In this document: positions 1 through 9,235 of the stretch, one piece after another
Position numbering within the stretch: position 1 is the first letter of the stretch
How the letters are laid out: every line of letters begins with the position of its first letter
Assembly (NCBI GenBank): GCA_038217285.1
Contig: JBBQPO010000066.1
Span: 1-23,091 of the forward strand
Source: Chthonomonadales bacterium
GTDB lineage: Bacteria > Armatimonadota > Chthonomonadetes > Chthonomonadales > Chthonomonadaceae
DNA length: 23,091 nucleotides
Reading direction: 5' to 3'
The notes under the pieces: model-generated
The model's input: the letters and a program-made list of their open reading frames with translations, nothing else
Database searches by the model: none
Told to the model about the DNA's origin: nothing
Program-made: the position numbers and the translations under genes

Positions 1-2
1 TC

Positions 3-482
3 CTGACGCCCCTGGCCGTGCTCGCGGTACCGTGCGTCTGGTGGTGGCTGTTCCGTACACGGCACGGTCTGGAGATGAGAGCGTGCGGGGAGCAGCCGAT
101 CGCGGCCGAAGCCGCCGGGATCTCTGTCATGCGCCGCCGCACTGTCGCTATTCTCTTCGGTGGCGGCATGGCTGGCCTGGCAGGGGCCTTCCTCTCTGTC
201 GGCGATGTCCCTACGTTTCAGGAGAGTATGTCGGCAGGGCGTGGTTTTATCGCGCTCGCTATCGTGACATCGGGGCGATGGAATCCGTGGGGCTGTCTCG
301 TCGCGGCGCTCGTGTTCGGATTCACAGACCGCCTTCAGATCCAGGGTCAGGCCATCGGACTCCACGTGCCGCACGACCTGCTGCTCGCGCTGCCCTATGT
401 CGCCACTCTGATGATCCTGGCGTTCGGCTCCGGCTGGACGCGCTCCCCTGCCGCCCTGGGACGTCCGTACCGCCGTACCTGA
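3..482 (+). CDS. ABC transporter permease (simple sugar/nucleoside, BPD_transp_2 family), 5'-truncated by window edge
   Basis: Frame is open from base 3. Motifs 'RTRHGLEMRACGEQPIAAEAAGISV', 'AGRGFIALAIVTSGRWNP', 'LPYVATL' and 'PAALGRPY' are typical of this permease family. Confidence 0.9.
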   Translation: MTPLAVLAVPCVWWWLFRTRHGLEMRACGEQPIAAEAAGISVMRRRTVAILFGGGMAGLAGAFLSVGDVPTFQESMSAGRGFIALAIVTSGRWNPWGCLVAALVFGFTDRLQIQGQAIGLHVPHDLLLALPYVATLMILAFGSGWTRSPAALGRPYRRT

Positions 483-486
483 ACCC

Positions 487-595
487 TCCGCAAAATGCGG
501 ATCGGGAACAGAGTTCGGCGTCCCGCCAAACTTCCTGGATGCCGAATCGTATAGAGAGTAGGCAAGGAACGAAGTTTCCTGCCTGTTGAAAGGAA
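487..595 (+). other. Structured intergenic/leader region (three hairpins) upstream of the pterin operon
   Basis: Stems TCCGCA/TGCGGA (487-501), GTTCGGCGTCC/GGATGCCGAAT (513-547) and AGGCAAGGAAC/GTTTCCTGCCT (560-584, one mismatch). SD-like AAGGA at 590-594. Confidence 0.5.
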
Positions 596-604
596 TCTGC
601 AAAG

Positions 605-1456
605 ATGCTTGCCATGACGAGGCGCATTCTGTTCTCCGCAGCCCATACCGACTGGCTGCCGGACAGGTCGGCGGCCGAAAATGCAACGTTGGTCGGGTCG
701 AACGCCGGCCCGGAGCCAACCGGAAATAACTACTTCCTGGATGTGACGGTAGAAGGGGAGATCGACCCGCAGACGGGGATCATTGTCAACATAAAAGATA
801 TAGATCAGATCGTCAAACATCACGTGGTACAGAACCTTGACCGGAAGTTTCTGAACCGATCCGTCGCCTATTTCTGCGAACGCCCGGTGACACCGGAAAC
901 GATCCTGGGCTACATTCGAACGCAGCTTGACGGCACCCTTCCTTCAGTTGTGAGGCTTACCGCGTTACGACTGGAAGAGACTCCCCTGCACTTCGCGGAG
1001 TGGCAGGCGTCCGAACTACGTGCGGAAACGGAGCGAGGCGGTATGTTGTTAACCCGGGTATACGAATTCGCAGCGTCGCATCGCCTGCACAGTCCGCATC
1101 TCTCCGAAGACGAGAACCGGGAACTGTTCGGTAAGTGCAACTATCCCCACGGTCACGGTCACAACTATATCCTGGAGGTTACGGTAGCGGGTCCTATCGA
1201 TGCCCGCTCGGGACGCGTTCTCGACGAAACCGTCCTGGACGGGATTGTGAATCGCGAGGTCGTCGACCGCTACGATCACCGCCATTTCAACTACGATATT
1301 CCTGAATTCGCCGACCTCATTCCATCGACGGAAGTGGTCATCAAGATGATATGGGACCGATTGAAAACGCATATCCCTGCCCCTGCTAGCCTCTACCGTG
1401 TGGTAGTGCGTGAGACAGCGCGGAATATCTTCGAATACAGAGGAGAGGACAACTGA
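605..1456 (+). CDS. queD: Tandem two-domain 6-pyruvoyl-tetrahydropterin synthase / QueD-family (T-fold) protein
   Basis: Two homologous repeats. The C-terminal one has 'FAASHRL...[20 protein letters not shown]...PSTE...ETARN'; the N-terminal one is degenerate. Adjacent to folE. The symbol denotes the family only, since the motif looks PTPS-II-like. Confidence 0.85.
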   Translation: MLAMTRRILFSAAHTDWLPDRSAAENATLVGSNAGPEPTGNNYFLDVTVEGEIDPQTGIIVNIKDIDQIVKHHVVQNLDRKFLNRSVAYFCERPVTPETILGYIRTQLDGTLPSVVRLTALRLEETPLHFAEWQASELRAETERGGMLLTRVYEFAASHRLHSPHLSEDENRELFGKCNYPHGHGHNYILEVTVAGPIDARSGRVLDETVLDGIVNREVVDRYDHRHFNYDIPEFADLIPSTEVVIKMIWDRLKTHIPAPASLYRVVVRETARNIFEYRGEDN

Positions 1457-1461
1457 CCGTC

Positions 1462-2028
1462 ATGGTTTCAAGACTGGAAGAGATTTACGGCGCTCTGCTG
1501 GAAGAGATCGGGGAAGATCCGGAGCGCGAGGGCCTGCTCAAAACACCCCATCGCGCCGCAGAGGCGCTCCGATACATCACCCAAGGCTATCAGCAGAAGT
1601 TGGATGAAGTCGTCAACGGCGCCATATTCCATGAGGACAGTGACAACATGGTCATTGTGCGCGACATCGAGTTTTTTTCGATGTGCGAACACCATCTGTT
1701 CCCATTCTTCGGCTACGCGAACATCGCTTACATCCCGAACGGCAAAATCATCGGGTTGTCCAAACTAGCGCGCATCACGGACATGTTCGCCCGACGCCTC
1801 CAGGTCCAAGAGCGACTGACCGTCCAGATCGCAAACGCCATTCACGACGTGCTGCAGCCCAAAGGCGTCGCGGTCGTAATCGAGGCCAAGCACATGTGCA
1901 TGATGGCACGCGGCGTCGAGAAGCAGTGCAGCGACATGGTGTCGAGCCATGTCATCGGCGCATTCCGCGAAGATCGCGCCACCCGCGCCGAGTTCATGAA
2001 CCTGCTAAGTAAAAACCGCAGAGACTAG
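1462..2028 (+). CDS. folE: GTP cyclohydrolase I
   Basis: '[15 protein letters not shown]', '[12 protein letters not shown]', '[21 protein letters not shown]', 'HMCMMARGV'; GGAGAGGA RBS upstream. Confidence 0.97.
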   Translation: MVSRLEEIYGALLEEIGEDPEREGLLKTPHRAAEALRYITQGYQQKLDEVVNGAIFHEDSDNMVIVRDIEFFSMCEHHLFPFFGYANIAYIPNGKIIGLSKLARITDMFARRLQVQERLTVQIANAIHDVLQPKGVAVVIEAKHMCMMARGVEKQCSDMVSSHVIGAFREDRATRAEFMNLLSKNRRD

Positions 2029-4133
2029 TCCAGCGGGGCCGTTTGGCGGGGTTCCTCCACCCTCCTGGGCTTCAGCGGCGTCAGTTCGTACACGGAAGTC
2101 CCGCCGACGGGAAGAGTCGTCGTGATTTCCGTGGTCGCGGCAGCGACCATCTTGCCAGTCCGGGCTTCCTTCACCATAAAGGAGCCTGGCAACGAGAGCG
2201 TATACGTTCCCGCTTTGCCACTATGAAGGGCGATCGTGCGTGCATCGGCAACGACCGCAATGTCGACGTCGCCGGTATCGAGATAGAGATGGACACCCGC
2301 CGCGCGAAGCGCGTTCCTCAACAGAGTGCGCGGTACGGGAAACGCACCGAAGACCACGCTGTTCCACTGGGGGAAGCGAAAGATGGCGAAGCTGGTCTTG
2401 TTGTTGGAGTTGGCGCCGAGGCGAGTCAGCTTTTTGTCTGCGAGCGTGACCGTTGGCGAAAAAGCCTTCTCCATTCCGAAGTGTGATCCGGCATGATAGC
2501 CCCACGTCAGCGGATCGTTCGACTCCGCGATCCGCACCCGCAGACTCGTCTCCTCAAGTTCCAGTCGCGCCTTCATACCGGTCAGCCCCTGAATATGCGT
2601 CGCGTCCGCCCCGGTCTCTCCGAGCAGTCCAGGCGCATAGAACCAGATCGCCGTCTGCTCGCTGCGTTTGACCCGACCGTCCAGCCGCCTATGTTCCGCC
2701 TCGGACAGGTGGAACATATTCGGAAAAATCGTGACCTTGTGGTCCGGGAATTTGGGTTGGAACAGATCGCCGAGTTGATAGACATCGAACGGCACACCCA
2801 GACGGTTCAGTTCGCGGAAGAGCTCGGTCAACATCGAGTTGAAGAGGGGAGTAGGCGCGGATTTCCCCGCCGCGAGATGACATGCCGCCGCCATATCCAC
2901 GACGACCGCGACCTGACTGACGCGCTTGCGCAGCTTTAATGGCGCCCGCAGCGATTCTGTGGCGACGCGCAACGCGAGCTTGAGAGCGTCCACAGGCGTC
3001 TGCGCCGGAAGGCATAGTCCTGCCTGATGGGTTACCGCAATAGCCGTCGCGAGGTCGGGCGGCGACCCGGGAGCGGGAGCAACGAGCAGAAACTTTTCGC
3101 GCAGACGCACACTGCCGGTCACAGTCCGTAACGTGAGCGGATCGGCGCGGAAGCCGGGCGCCACGAAAAAATCGACATCCACCGAATCCAGCACTGATTC
3201 CGGGTAGATGTGGCCGTCTTCGGGAATGGCGGTGATGTTGGGAACCGTCGCATAGGCCAGCCCTGTCAGCGCCTGACCGTCCGAGGCGCGCTTGACCGTC
3301 GCGCAAAAATGCAGTGCGGCACGGTTCTGGGCGTCCGCAATACACTCATGGTAGTCCCCCACCCGCCGGCTGCGCTCCGGGGAGCGAAAAATACCGTAAT
3401 CGCCTTTGCTGCGCTCCCACGCGTTCGGGCAGGTGAGCGCATCGAAGTCCGGCCGCGTGTCGCCCCATGCCTTTTTCAACAGTCCTGGGTTGCGGCGATA
3501 TTTCTCGCGCGCGTAGCTTCGAAAGGCTTCCGTCATGCGGGGACCGATGTCCGGCAGATTGTGTGCAAACGGCAACCGCCATTCGCCCTGAAGGCCAGCT
3601 CCGAGTTGGTACCCGATGCATGCTCTGCCGTAGGCCGATGCCCCCATGTAGCGAACCAGTCTTGCGAGAGCGTTTCCGGCCTCGGTCATCCAGCGCCGGG
3701 ACGCCCAGGAGACGACCGGGTCGGTTCCCTCCTGTTCACAGTAGACCGCTCTCTCTTCCGGATGCGCCGCCAGCCACCACGGCGGAGCGTCTACAGAGAC
3801 TTCCAGCAGGAAACAGGCGTCGGGGTCGGCGGCGTAGAGTGTTTGCAGACGTGCTTCCAGAGTCGCATAGTTGAACTGCGCCATGCCGTTCCAACCCAGG
3901 CCGACTCCGAGTAGCCGATAGAGATGGACCCCCGCACCGGCGGCCTCTGAGATCGCACCAGGAGAAGTGTCGGGAAGCAGGTCCAGGAAGACGCCGGGCA
4001 GCGGCTTGCCGTTCTGGTGGAGCGCAGACGGGCCGTTGTACGGACGGCAGTCGAACGGGCGTTCCGCAACAGCCGGCTTCGGAGCCGTAGCGCGAGCGGG
4101 CGTGGGGCGGACGGGGCGGGGTTTATCGGTCAT
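2025..4133 (-). CDS. Beta-galactosidase/GH42-like TIM-barrel protein with C-terminal trimerisation-like domain
   Basis: 702 aa. '[13 protein letters not shown]', 'SWASRRWM', '[13 protein letters not shown]', '[15 protein letters not shown]' and '[16 protein letters not shown]...KVTIFPN' resemble GH42-like glycoside hydrolases. Confidence 0.65.
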   Translation of the reverse strand: MTDKPRPVRPTPARATAPKPAVAERPFDCRPYNGPSALHQNGKPLPGVFLDLLPDTSPGAISEAAGAGVHLYRLLGVGLGWNGMAQFNYATLEARLQTLYAADPDACFLLEVSVDAPPWWLAAHPEERAVYCEQEGTDPVVSWASRRWMTEAGNALARLVRYMGASAYGRACIGYQLGAGLQGEWRLPFAHNLPDIGPRMTEAFRSYAREKYRRNPGLLKKAWGDTRPDFDALTCPNAWERSKGDYGIFRSPERSRRVGDYHECIADAQNRAALHFCATVKRASDGQALTGLAYATVPNITAIPEDGHIYPESVLDSVDVDFFVAPGFRADPLTLRTVTGSVRLREKFLLVAPAPGSPPDLATAIAVTHQAGLCLPAQTPVDALKLALRVATESLRAPLKLRKRVSQVAVVVDMAAACHLAAGKSAPTPLFNSMLTELFRELNRLGVPFDVYQLGDLFQPKFPDHKVTIFPNMFHLSEAEHRRLDGRVKRSEQTAIWFYAPGLLGETGADATHIQGLTGMKARLELEETSLRVRIAESNDPLTWGYHAGSHFGMEKAFSPTVTLADKKLTRLGANSNNKTSFAIFRFPQWNSVVFGAFPVPRTLLRNALRAAGVHLYLDTGDVDIAVVADARTIALHSGKAGTYTLSLPGSFMVKEARTGKMVAAATTEITTTLPVGGTSVYELTPLKPRRVEEPRQTAPLD

Positions 4134-4166
4134 AGGCGGGTCAAGATCTCTTTCGTCGGATGCGTG

Positions 4167-5444
4167 TTAAAGTGGGTTGACGGGTACGCCATTATGGCGC
4201 ACCTCGAAGTGGAGGTGCGGGCCGGTCGCCATGCCGGTCGCACCAACGCGGGCGATGGTCTGGCCCTGCTGTACGATGTCTCCAGCAGACACTAAGAGGG
4301 CCGAACAGTGCCCATAAAGCGTCGTGACGCCGTTGCCATGATCGATCACCACGCAGTTGCCATAGCCGCTACTGTAGTGCGCGAGGATTACGGTGCCGCC
4401 CCCAGCGGCGTGGATGGAAGCCCCATACGGCGCTCCGAAGTCGACTCCCGTATGCATCCGTGTTCGGTGCAGGATCGGATGAAAACGGCTGCCGAATCCG
4501 GAGGTGACGCGCGCCGATACCGGGCGGATGAAGCTCCCGTGAAAAATCGGAGCGACACTGCTGGCGCGGGGTTCGGGATTTTGATGATGGTTCTGGGCGG
4601 CCTGCGCCGCCCGTTCGGCCCGTTCCACTGCCCGCCGCCTCTCCAGCGCCTCAGACAAATCACGGATATTGTCTGTCATCGCGACCGCTTCTTCTTCGAG
4701 ACCGTCGAGCTCCTGCTCCGCCTGGTGGCGCTCCTCCTGCACACCTGCCAGCAGCTCCTGCTTCTCCGATAGATCGGCGGCAAGGTGCTGCTTCTGAGAT
4801 TCATACTCGTCTGCGAGCGCCTTCTGCCGACGTTCCTGCTCCTCCAACAGCCTCTTATCGTTCGCAATCTGATGAATATCGTCCTGAACGCCTTCGATCA
4901 GTTCGGCATCACTGTGAACGACCTGGCGCACATAGTATCCGCGAGAGAGCAGATCATGGACGGAGCGGGACCGTACAAACACCTGCGCATAGCTGACCTC
5001 ACCGCGTTCGTAGGTATCGTTTAGCCGTGCCGTAAGAAGATGGCGACGGGTCGCGAGACGCTTGCGTGTGACCGCGAGATGATTCACAAGCTTCGTATGC
5101 TGTCGGTCGAGTATCCGCAGATGACTGCGGACACGCCCAAGCCGGGTCCGAGTTTGCGAGATACGGCCTTCGACCGTGCTGATGTTCTCCGTAATGTGAT
5201 GTTCTTGCGCCTTTACCTGGTGGATTTTGGCACGGACATTGTGCATGTGGGTGTGCAACCCGGTCAGTTTGCGGCGTAACTGCTCTTTGCGCGCGATAGC
5301 CGCCCGAGCCTGGGACGACGAGATGACGGAACCCTTCCTCTTCTTCGCGCGGTGGTGACGCGGCGGCGCCGAAAAGCCGACGACGGTAAGAAGTGTGAAG
5401 AGCATTCCCACCGCCGCAACGCGGATGATGTGATTCCAGCGCAT
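4167..5444 (-). CDS. envC: EnvC-like coiled-coil protein with C-terminal M23 peptidase domain
   Basis: N-terminal signal/anchor, long coiled coil, and M23 motifs 'HTGVDF', 'GYGNCVVIDHG', 'TLYGH', 'GPHLHFEVR'. Directly follows ftsX. Confidence 0.88.
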   Translation of the reverse strand: MRWNHIIRVAAVGMLFTLLTVVGFSAPPRHHRAKKRKGSVISSSQARAAIARKEQLRRKLTGLHTHMHNVRAKIHQVKAQEHHITENISTVEGRISQTRTRLGRVRSHLRILDRQHTKLVNHLAVTRKRLATRRHLLTARLNDTYERGEVSYAQVFVRSRSVHDLLSRGYYVRQVVHSDAELIEGVQDDIHQIANDKRLLEEQERRQKALADEYESQKQHLAADLSEKQELLAGVQEERHQAEQELDGLEEEAVAMTDNIRDLSEALERRRAVERAERAAQAAQNHHQNPEPRASSVAPIFHGSFIRPVSARVTSGFGSRFHPILHRTRMHTGVDFGAPYGASIHAAGGGTVILAHYSSGYGNCVVIDHGNGVTTLYGHCSALLVSAGDIVQQGQTIARVGATGMATGPHLHFEVRHNGVPVNPL

Positions 5445-5455
5445 TTCCGGGTACC

Positions 5456-6349
5456 TCAGACCTGTTTCAAAAAGCGGCGCATGGCGAAATGGCTCCCCAC
5501 CAGCCCGACCAGGGCTCCGATCGCTACCAGCCCTGCAACTAACTCGACCGGACCGAGTCGGGACGGCACGTCACCGACCAGCGGCGTATTGATCTCATGG
5601 ATGAAGCGGGCCACCTCGTGCCCTCCGTAGAGTACCAGAGCGCCGGCAATGCCTGCCCCCACCACCCCATGGAACACCCCTTCGAGCAGCAGCGGAAATC
5701 GGATAAAACCGGGAGTTGCACCTACCAACTGCATTATCTTGATCTCGCGTCTGCGGGCAAAAACCGTCAAGCGAATGGTGTTATGAACAATGAACAACGT
5801 CGCGACGAAAAGACCTGCCGCCGCAGCCAATCCGACGGCCTTGACGAGACGCGCCAATCCGAGCAGCATCTTGACTTCCTGGCTCGCGGCCGTGACATCT
5901 GCGACATCTGGAAATTCGGCCTTCCTACCCAACCGCCGCACCAGGGGATCCATGTGGGACGGATCCACCGCTTCGACCTCCAGCTTATCCGGAAGTGGGT
6001 TGGTATCCATAGCCTGCGTCAATTTTGGCTCGCGTCTCTGCATCTCCGCCCAGGCCGTCTCCTTTGTCACCAGGCGGACGCTGCCTACATTCGGCAGCTT
6101 CTTTACGCCGTTGATGACGTCCAGAGTCTGGGCGCGCGTCGCCCGACGCGACATAAAAACATCGACTTCATTAAACGTCTTTGGTTCGTCCTGCGCGACC
6201 TCGTTGATTCGGTAGGCCGTCCAGAGTGAAGCGCCTAACACCGTCAGAGCCACGGTGACGGTGCCGAGCGCGGCCAGCGACATCAGTCCATTGCGGCGGA
6301 TGTTGAAGAACGCCTCCTGAATCAAGAAGAACAGACTGCCGAAACTCAA
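5456..6349 (-). CDS. ftsX: Cell division permease FtsX
   Basis: 'NPLPDKLEV' and 'IVHNTIRLTVFARRREIKIMQLVGATPGFIRFPLLLEG'. TTG start overlaps the ftsE stop (TTGA). Confidence 0.95.
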   Translation of the reverse strand: MSFGSLFFLIQEAFFNIRRNGLMSLAALGTVTVALTVLGASLWTAYRINEVAQDEPKTFNEVDVFMSRRATRAQTLDVINGVKKLPNVGSVRLVTKETAWAEMQRREPKLTQAMDTNPLPDKLEVEAVDPSHMDPLVRRLGRKAEFPDVADVTAASQEVKMLLGLARLVKAVGLAAAAGLFVATLFIVHNTIRLTVFARRREIKIMQLVGATPGFIRFPLLLEGVFHGVVGAGIAGALVLYGGHEVARFIHEINTPLVGDVPSRLGPVELVAGLVAIGALVGLVGSHFAMRRFLKQV

Positions 6350-7152
6350 CAGGCGGCCTCCCCGATAGGCACGTTCGCGGTGGACGGCGGAGTAAACATG
6401 GCGTCCCTCTCGCCGGTATCCATGTCCGGAAGCGCAATCACCGATTCTGGCGCATCAGGCATTTCGGGGATTCGCAGGCGATAGGCAGCGTCCTGTTCGT
6501 CACGCACGAGGCTCCCCCGCTCGAAGCCCAGGACGCGCTTCTGCATCCGATCGACAATCGCCGTGTCGTGTGTCGCCACCACGATCGTGGTGCCGGTCTG
6601 GTTGATATGACTCAAGAGTTCGACGATTCCGGTGGAAGTGTCGGGGTCGAGGTTACCGGTCGGCTCGTCGGCAAGCAGGATGGGTGGCTCGTTTACGAGA
6701 GCGCGGGCAATGGCGACGCGCTGTTGCTCTCCGCCGCTTAGCTGACCGGGAAATGCGTCTGGACGGTGGGACATGCCTACCATCTCCAGTGCGACCGGGA
6801 CTTTGCGCCGTATCTCCTGCCTCGGCATTCCGATCACGCGCAGAGCGAAGGCGACGTTCTCGTAGACGGTCTTACTGGGCAGCAGTCCGAAATCCTGGAA
6901 TACGATGCCGAGTTTGCGCCGAAAAAAAGGAATGGCGTTCAGTGCGATGGCGTTGAGGTCTTCTCCAGCAACCACGACGCGGCCTGATGTCGGTCTTTCT
7001 TCACGATATAGGAGCTTGAGGAAGGTCGATTTACCCGCTCCAGTCGGTCCAACAACGAACACGAACTCGCCCTTTTTCACACTAAGGCTGACGTGCGAAA
7101 GGGCGAGTGTATTGTCACGATAAGAGACGGTCACATCCTGAAGATCGATCAT
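6346..7152 (-). CDS. ftsE: Cell division ATP-binding protein FtsE
   Basis: Walker A 'GPTGAGKST', 'GIVFQDF', '[14 protein letters not shown]', '[11 protein letters not shown]', 'VATHD'; upstream of ftsX. Start is ATG 7152 or GTG 7161. Confidence 0.95.
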   Translation of the reverse strand: MIDLQDVTVSYRDNTLALSHVSLSVKKGEFVFVVGPTGAGKSTFLKLLYREERPTSGRVVVAGEDLNAIALNAIPFFRRKLGIVFQDFGLLPSKTVYENVAFALRVIGMPRQEIRRKVPVALEMVGMSHRPDAFPGQLSGGEQQRVAIARALVNEPPILLADEPTGNLDPDTSTGIVELLSHINQTGTTIVVATHDTAIVDRMQKRVLGFERGSLVRDEQDAAYRLRIPEMPDAPESVIALPDMDTGERDAMFTPPSTANVPIGEAAC

Positions 7153-7217
7153 AGTGGTCACGAAAGAAGGCCAGAGGTCAGCGCTATTGCCGCGCCGAAC
7201 ATAAACAGATTTCGTCT

Positions 7218-7247
7218 ATTAAGACATGTTTCCCGTCTGTCTGTCAA
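7218..7247 (-). promoter_or_regulatory. Possible sigma70 promoter for ftsEX
   Basis: Minus strand reads TTGACA-N18-CTTAAT, with TG at the extended -10 position. The -10 match is weak. Confidence 0.4.
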
Positions 7248-7252
7248 CCTTT

Positions 7253-8089
7253 TCAACGCCGGAGCAAAGGTTGTTGCCCAGCAGGGCTACCGACTGCGAT
7301 CATGCGGAAGACGCCCATTTCGGCAGGGCAGCGGTAACGAAAGGGCTTGCCTGTCACGCCCAGTCCGCGACTGACATACTGACGCGCCTTACCGTTCTCG
7401 TACCAGCCCGCCACCTGATTGCAGCGCAGATGAAACTTGACGACCATGCGCGGGGAGGGAAACGGCAGGGCTATCTGGCCGCCATGCGTATGTCCGGAAA
7501 GAATCAGCACGTCTCTATCTGGAATGCGCTCGATCAGACCCGGATGATGGGACAGGACAATCGACGTGCGATCCTCGGGCAGGCCAGCAAGGGTGCGTGG
7601 AATATCCGGAAATCCCTCCGCGAGGTCATCTACGCCAGCGAGAAAGAGGCCATGCGGCAGTTCGAAACTCTCGTTTTCGAGTCGATGCACATGGGACTGC
7701 TCCAACAACCGGCGCGAGCCGACGATCCCTCTCCGGTGATCATGATTGCCGAAGGAGCCGAAAATACCCGACTTTTTCGGTAGGCGCAGCAGGATCTCTT
7801 TGAGAGGAAACTGCGCGTCGTCCGGATGATCGTCCAGATAGTCGCCCGTCAGCAGGATGAGATCGGGCTGCAGCGCATCAACACGCCGGAGCACCTCCTC
7901 ATAGACGGGCCCCGTGTTTCCATAGCCGGCGTGAATATCGGTCAGGTGTACGAATATCTTGCCATTCCAGTACTCCGCGAGGCCGTGCATCGGAACGTCA
8001 CATGTCGATATTTCCAGCATATAGGGCGATTTGCGCCCGGTATCTACAGGTACTAGAGTCTTGCTCACGTTCCGATTCTTTGCCCCCAT
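7253..8089 (-). CDS. Metallophosphoesterase (calcineurin-like, YkuE/YaeI type)
   Basis: All five metal motifs are present: 'TDIH', 'TGDY', 'GNHD', 'LSHHP', 'SGHTHGGQI'; also 'YVSRGLG'. Start could be ATG 8020. Confidence 0.9.
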   Translation of the reverse strand: MGAKNRNVSKTLVPVDTGRKSPYMLEISTCDVPMHGLAEYWNGKIFVHLTDIHAGYGNTGPVYEEVLRRVDALQPDLILLTGDYLDDHPDDAQFPLKEILLRLPKKSGIFGSFGNHDHRRGIVGSRRLLEQSHVHRLENESFELPHGLFLAGVDDLAEGFPDIPRTLAGLPEDRTSIVLSHHPGLIERIPDRDVLILSGHTHGGQIALPFPSPRMVVKFHLRCNQVAGWYENGKARQYVSRGLGVTGKPFRYRCPAEMGVFRMIAVGSPAGQQPLLRR

Positions 8090-8134
8090 CGCCGCTAACC
8101 CGCACGGGGACTATCCCTGGCGCGTCTGTCCCAT

Positions 8135-9148
8135 TCATTTCTCTTCCAGAGCTGCTACCCCGACGACGAGGGTGCGTTCCACAAGCAGCCGCGCGAACGG
8201 CACGTCGGCCACCGGCCCGTCCGCCGCAAGTTCCTGCGCGTGGATCACGGCCATTTTCGCGTCTGCCTCGTGAGAAAGCCTCCACAATATCTCCGCCGAA
8301 TCTTCCAGCCTGCGCACATAGCAGGCGCGCAAATGCGGCGTCAAGAGATCCGTCGCCACCTCGCGAACGATCTTCTCCCGCTGCACCGCACGTTGCGCCT
8401 CCGTATCGTCCTCAGACGCTCCTGTAGCACCCGCCCAGTCGGCCAGGGCGCGCCAGACATCTTCTACGGCCAAAAACCAGTTCTCGAACCAACTCAGAGC
8501 GAACAGCGCCGCGGGATCGTGATCGATCAAAGATTCCGACAGGACGGATTTGGCGGAAACGGCCTCATAAACCGGCGAGACGGGATAGTGATGGCCAGGT
8601 TCTCCTATCCGCGGCAGAAGCTCCATTACCCCCGACGGCGAGGGTCTGTTCAGATCTCGCAGCCGCGCGCGCGCCTCCGCCAGCAGCCAGCGACCGTAGT
8701 CTGCGGCGATCTCGACGAAAGCCAATCCGTCTCCCTGCAGCCGCTCGAATTGCTGTACACGGAGGCGTAGATCGGGCCGCGTGAGTCGGGCGCTATCGCA
8801 CGTCTGTACGCCCGTGATATCGTTGATCATCATCTGTACGGCCAGTGGACGACCGCCGTCCGGTTCCGGAATCTCAAAAAAGAGGATGCGGTTTCCAGCG
8901 CCGTCATAAGCCGTCGCATAAGCCCGCAGCGTTTCCATGGGCCGGTCGTCCGACAGAGCCTCTGCGACGGCGACGACTTCCGCCTGGGGCCGAATGCCCT
9001 GCGTGCTCAGCAGGTAGAGGGCTCGGCGCGCCTCTTTGCGCAGCTCTTTGTTGTCGGCCCGACGCTCGATTTCTGCCAGGGCTGTGGCCGCATCGCCGGT
9101 CGCTTCCTTCAGCAGTGCCTCGACACGCTCCCGTTCGTTGTCCAACAT
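8135..9148 (-). CDS. Hypothetical protein (helical N-terminus)
   Basis: Long ORF filling the gap in a co-oriented run. AAGGA RBS before ATG 9148 (alternative TTG 9217). No family recognised. Confidence 0.8.
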   Translation of the reverse strand: MLDNERERVEALLKEATGDAATALAEIERRADNKELRKEARRALYLLSTQGIRPQAEVVAVAEALSDDRPMETLRAYATAYDGAGNRILFFEIPEPDGGRPLAVQMMINDITGVQTCDSARLTRPDLRLRVQQFERLQGDGLAFVEIAADYGRWLLAEARARLRDLNRPSPSGVMELLPRIGEPGHHYPVSPVYEAVSAKSVLSESLIDHDPAALFALSWFENWFLAVEDVWRALADWAGATGASEDDTEAQRAVQREKIVREVATDLLTPHLRACYVRRLEDSAEILWRLSHEADAKMAVIHAQELAADGPVADVPFARLLVERTLVVGVAALEEK

Positions 9149-9235
9149 CTTTGTTTCCTTCGCAGCATGAATACGGTACACATGCCCTATTATGCCTTCG
9201 CCCTCACTAAAATGCAACCCTCTTTCGACAGGTAA

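Noticed and set aside
483..604. Known preQ1 or THF riboswitch
   Set aside because: I could not match the consensus features of either by eye; kept only as an unclassified candidate.
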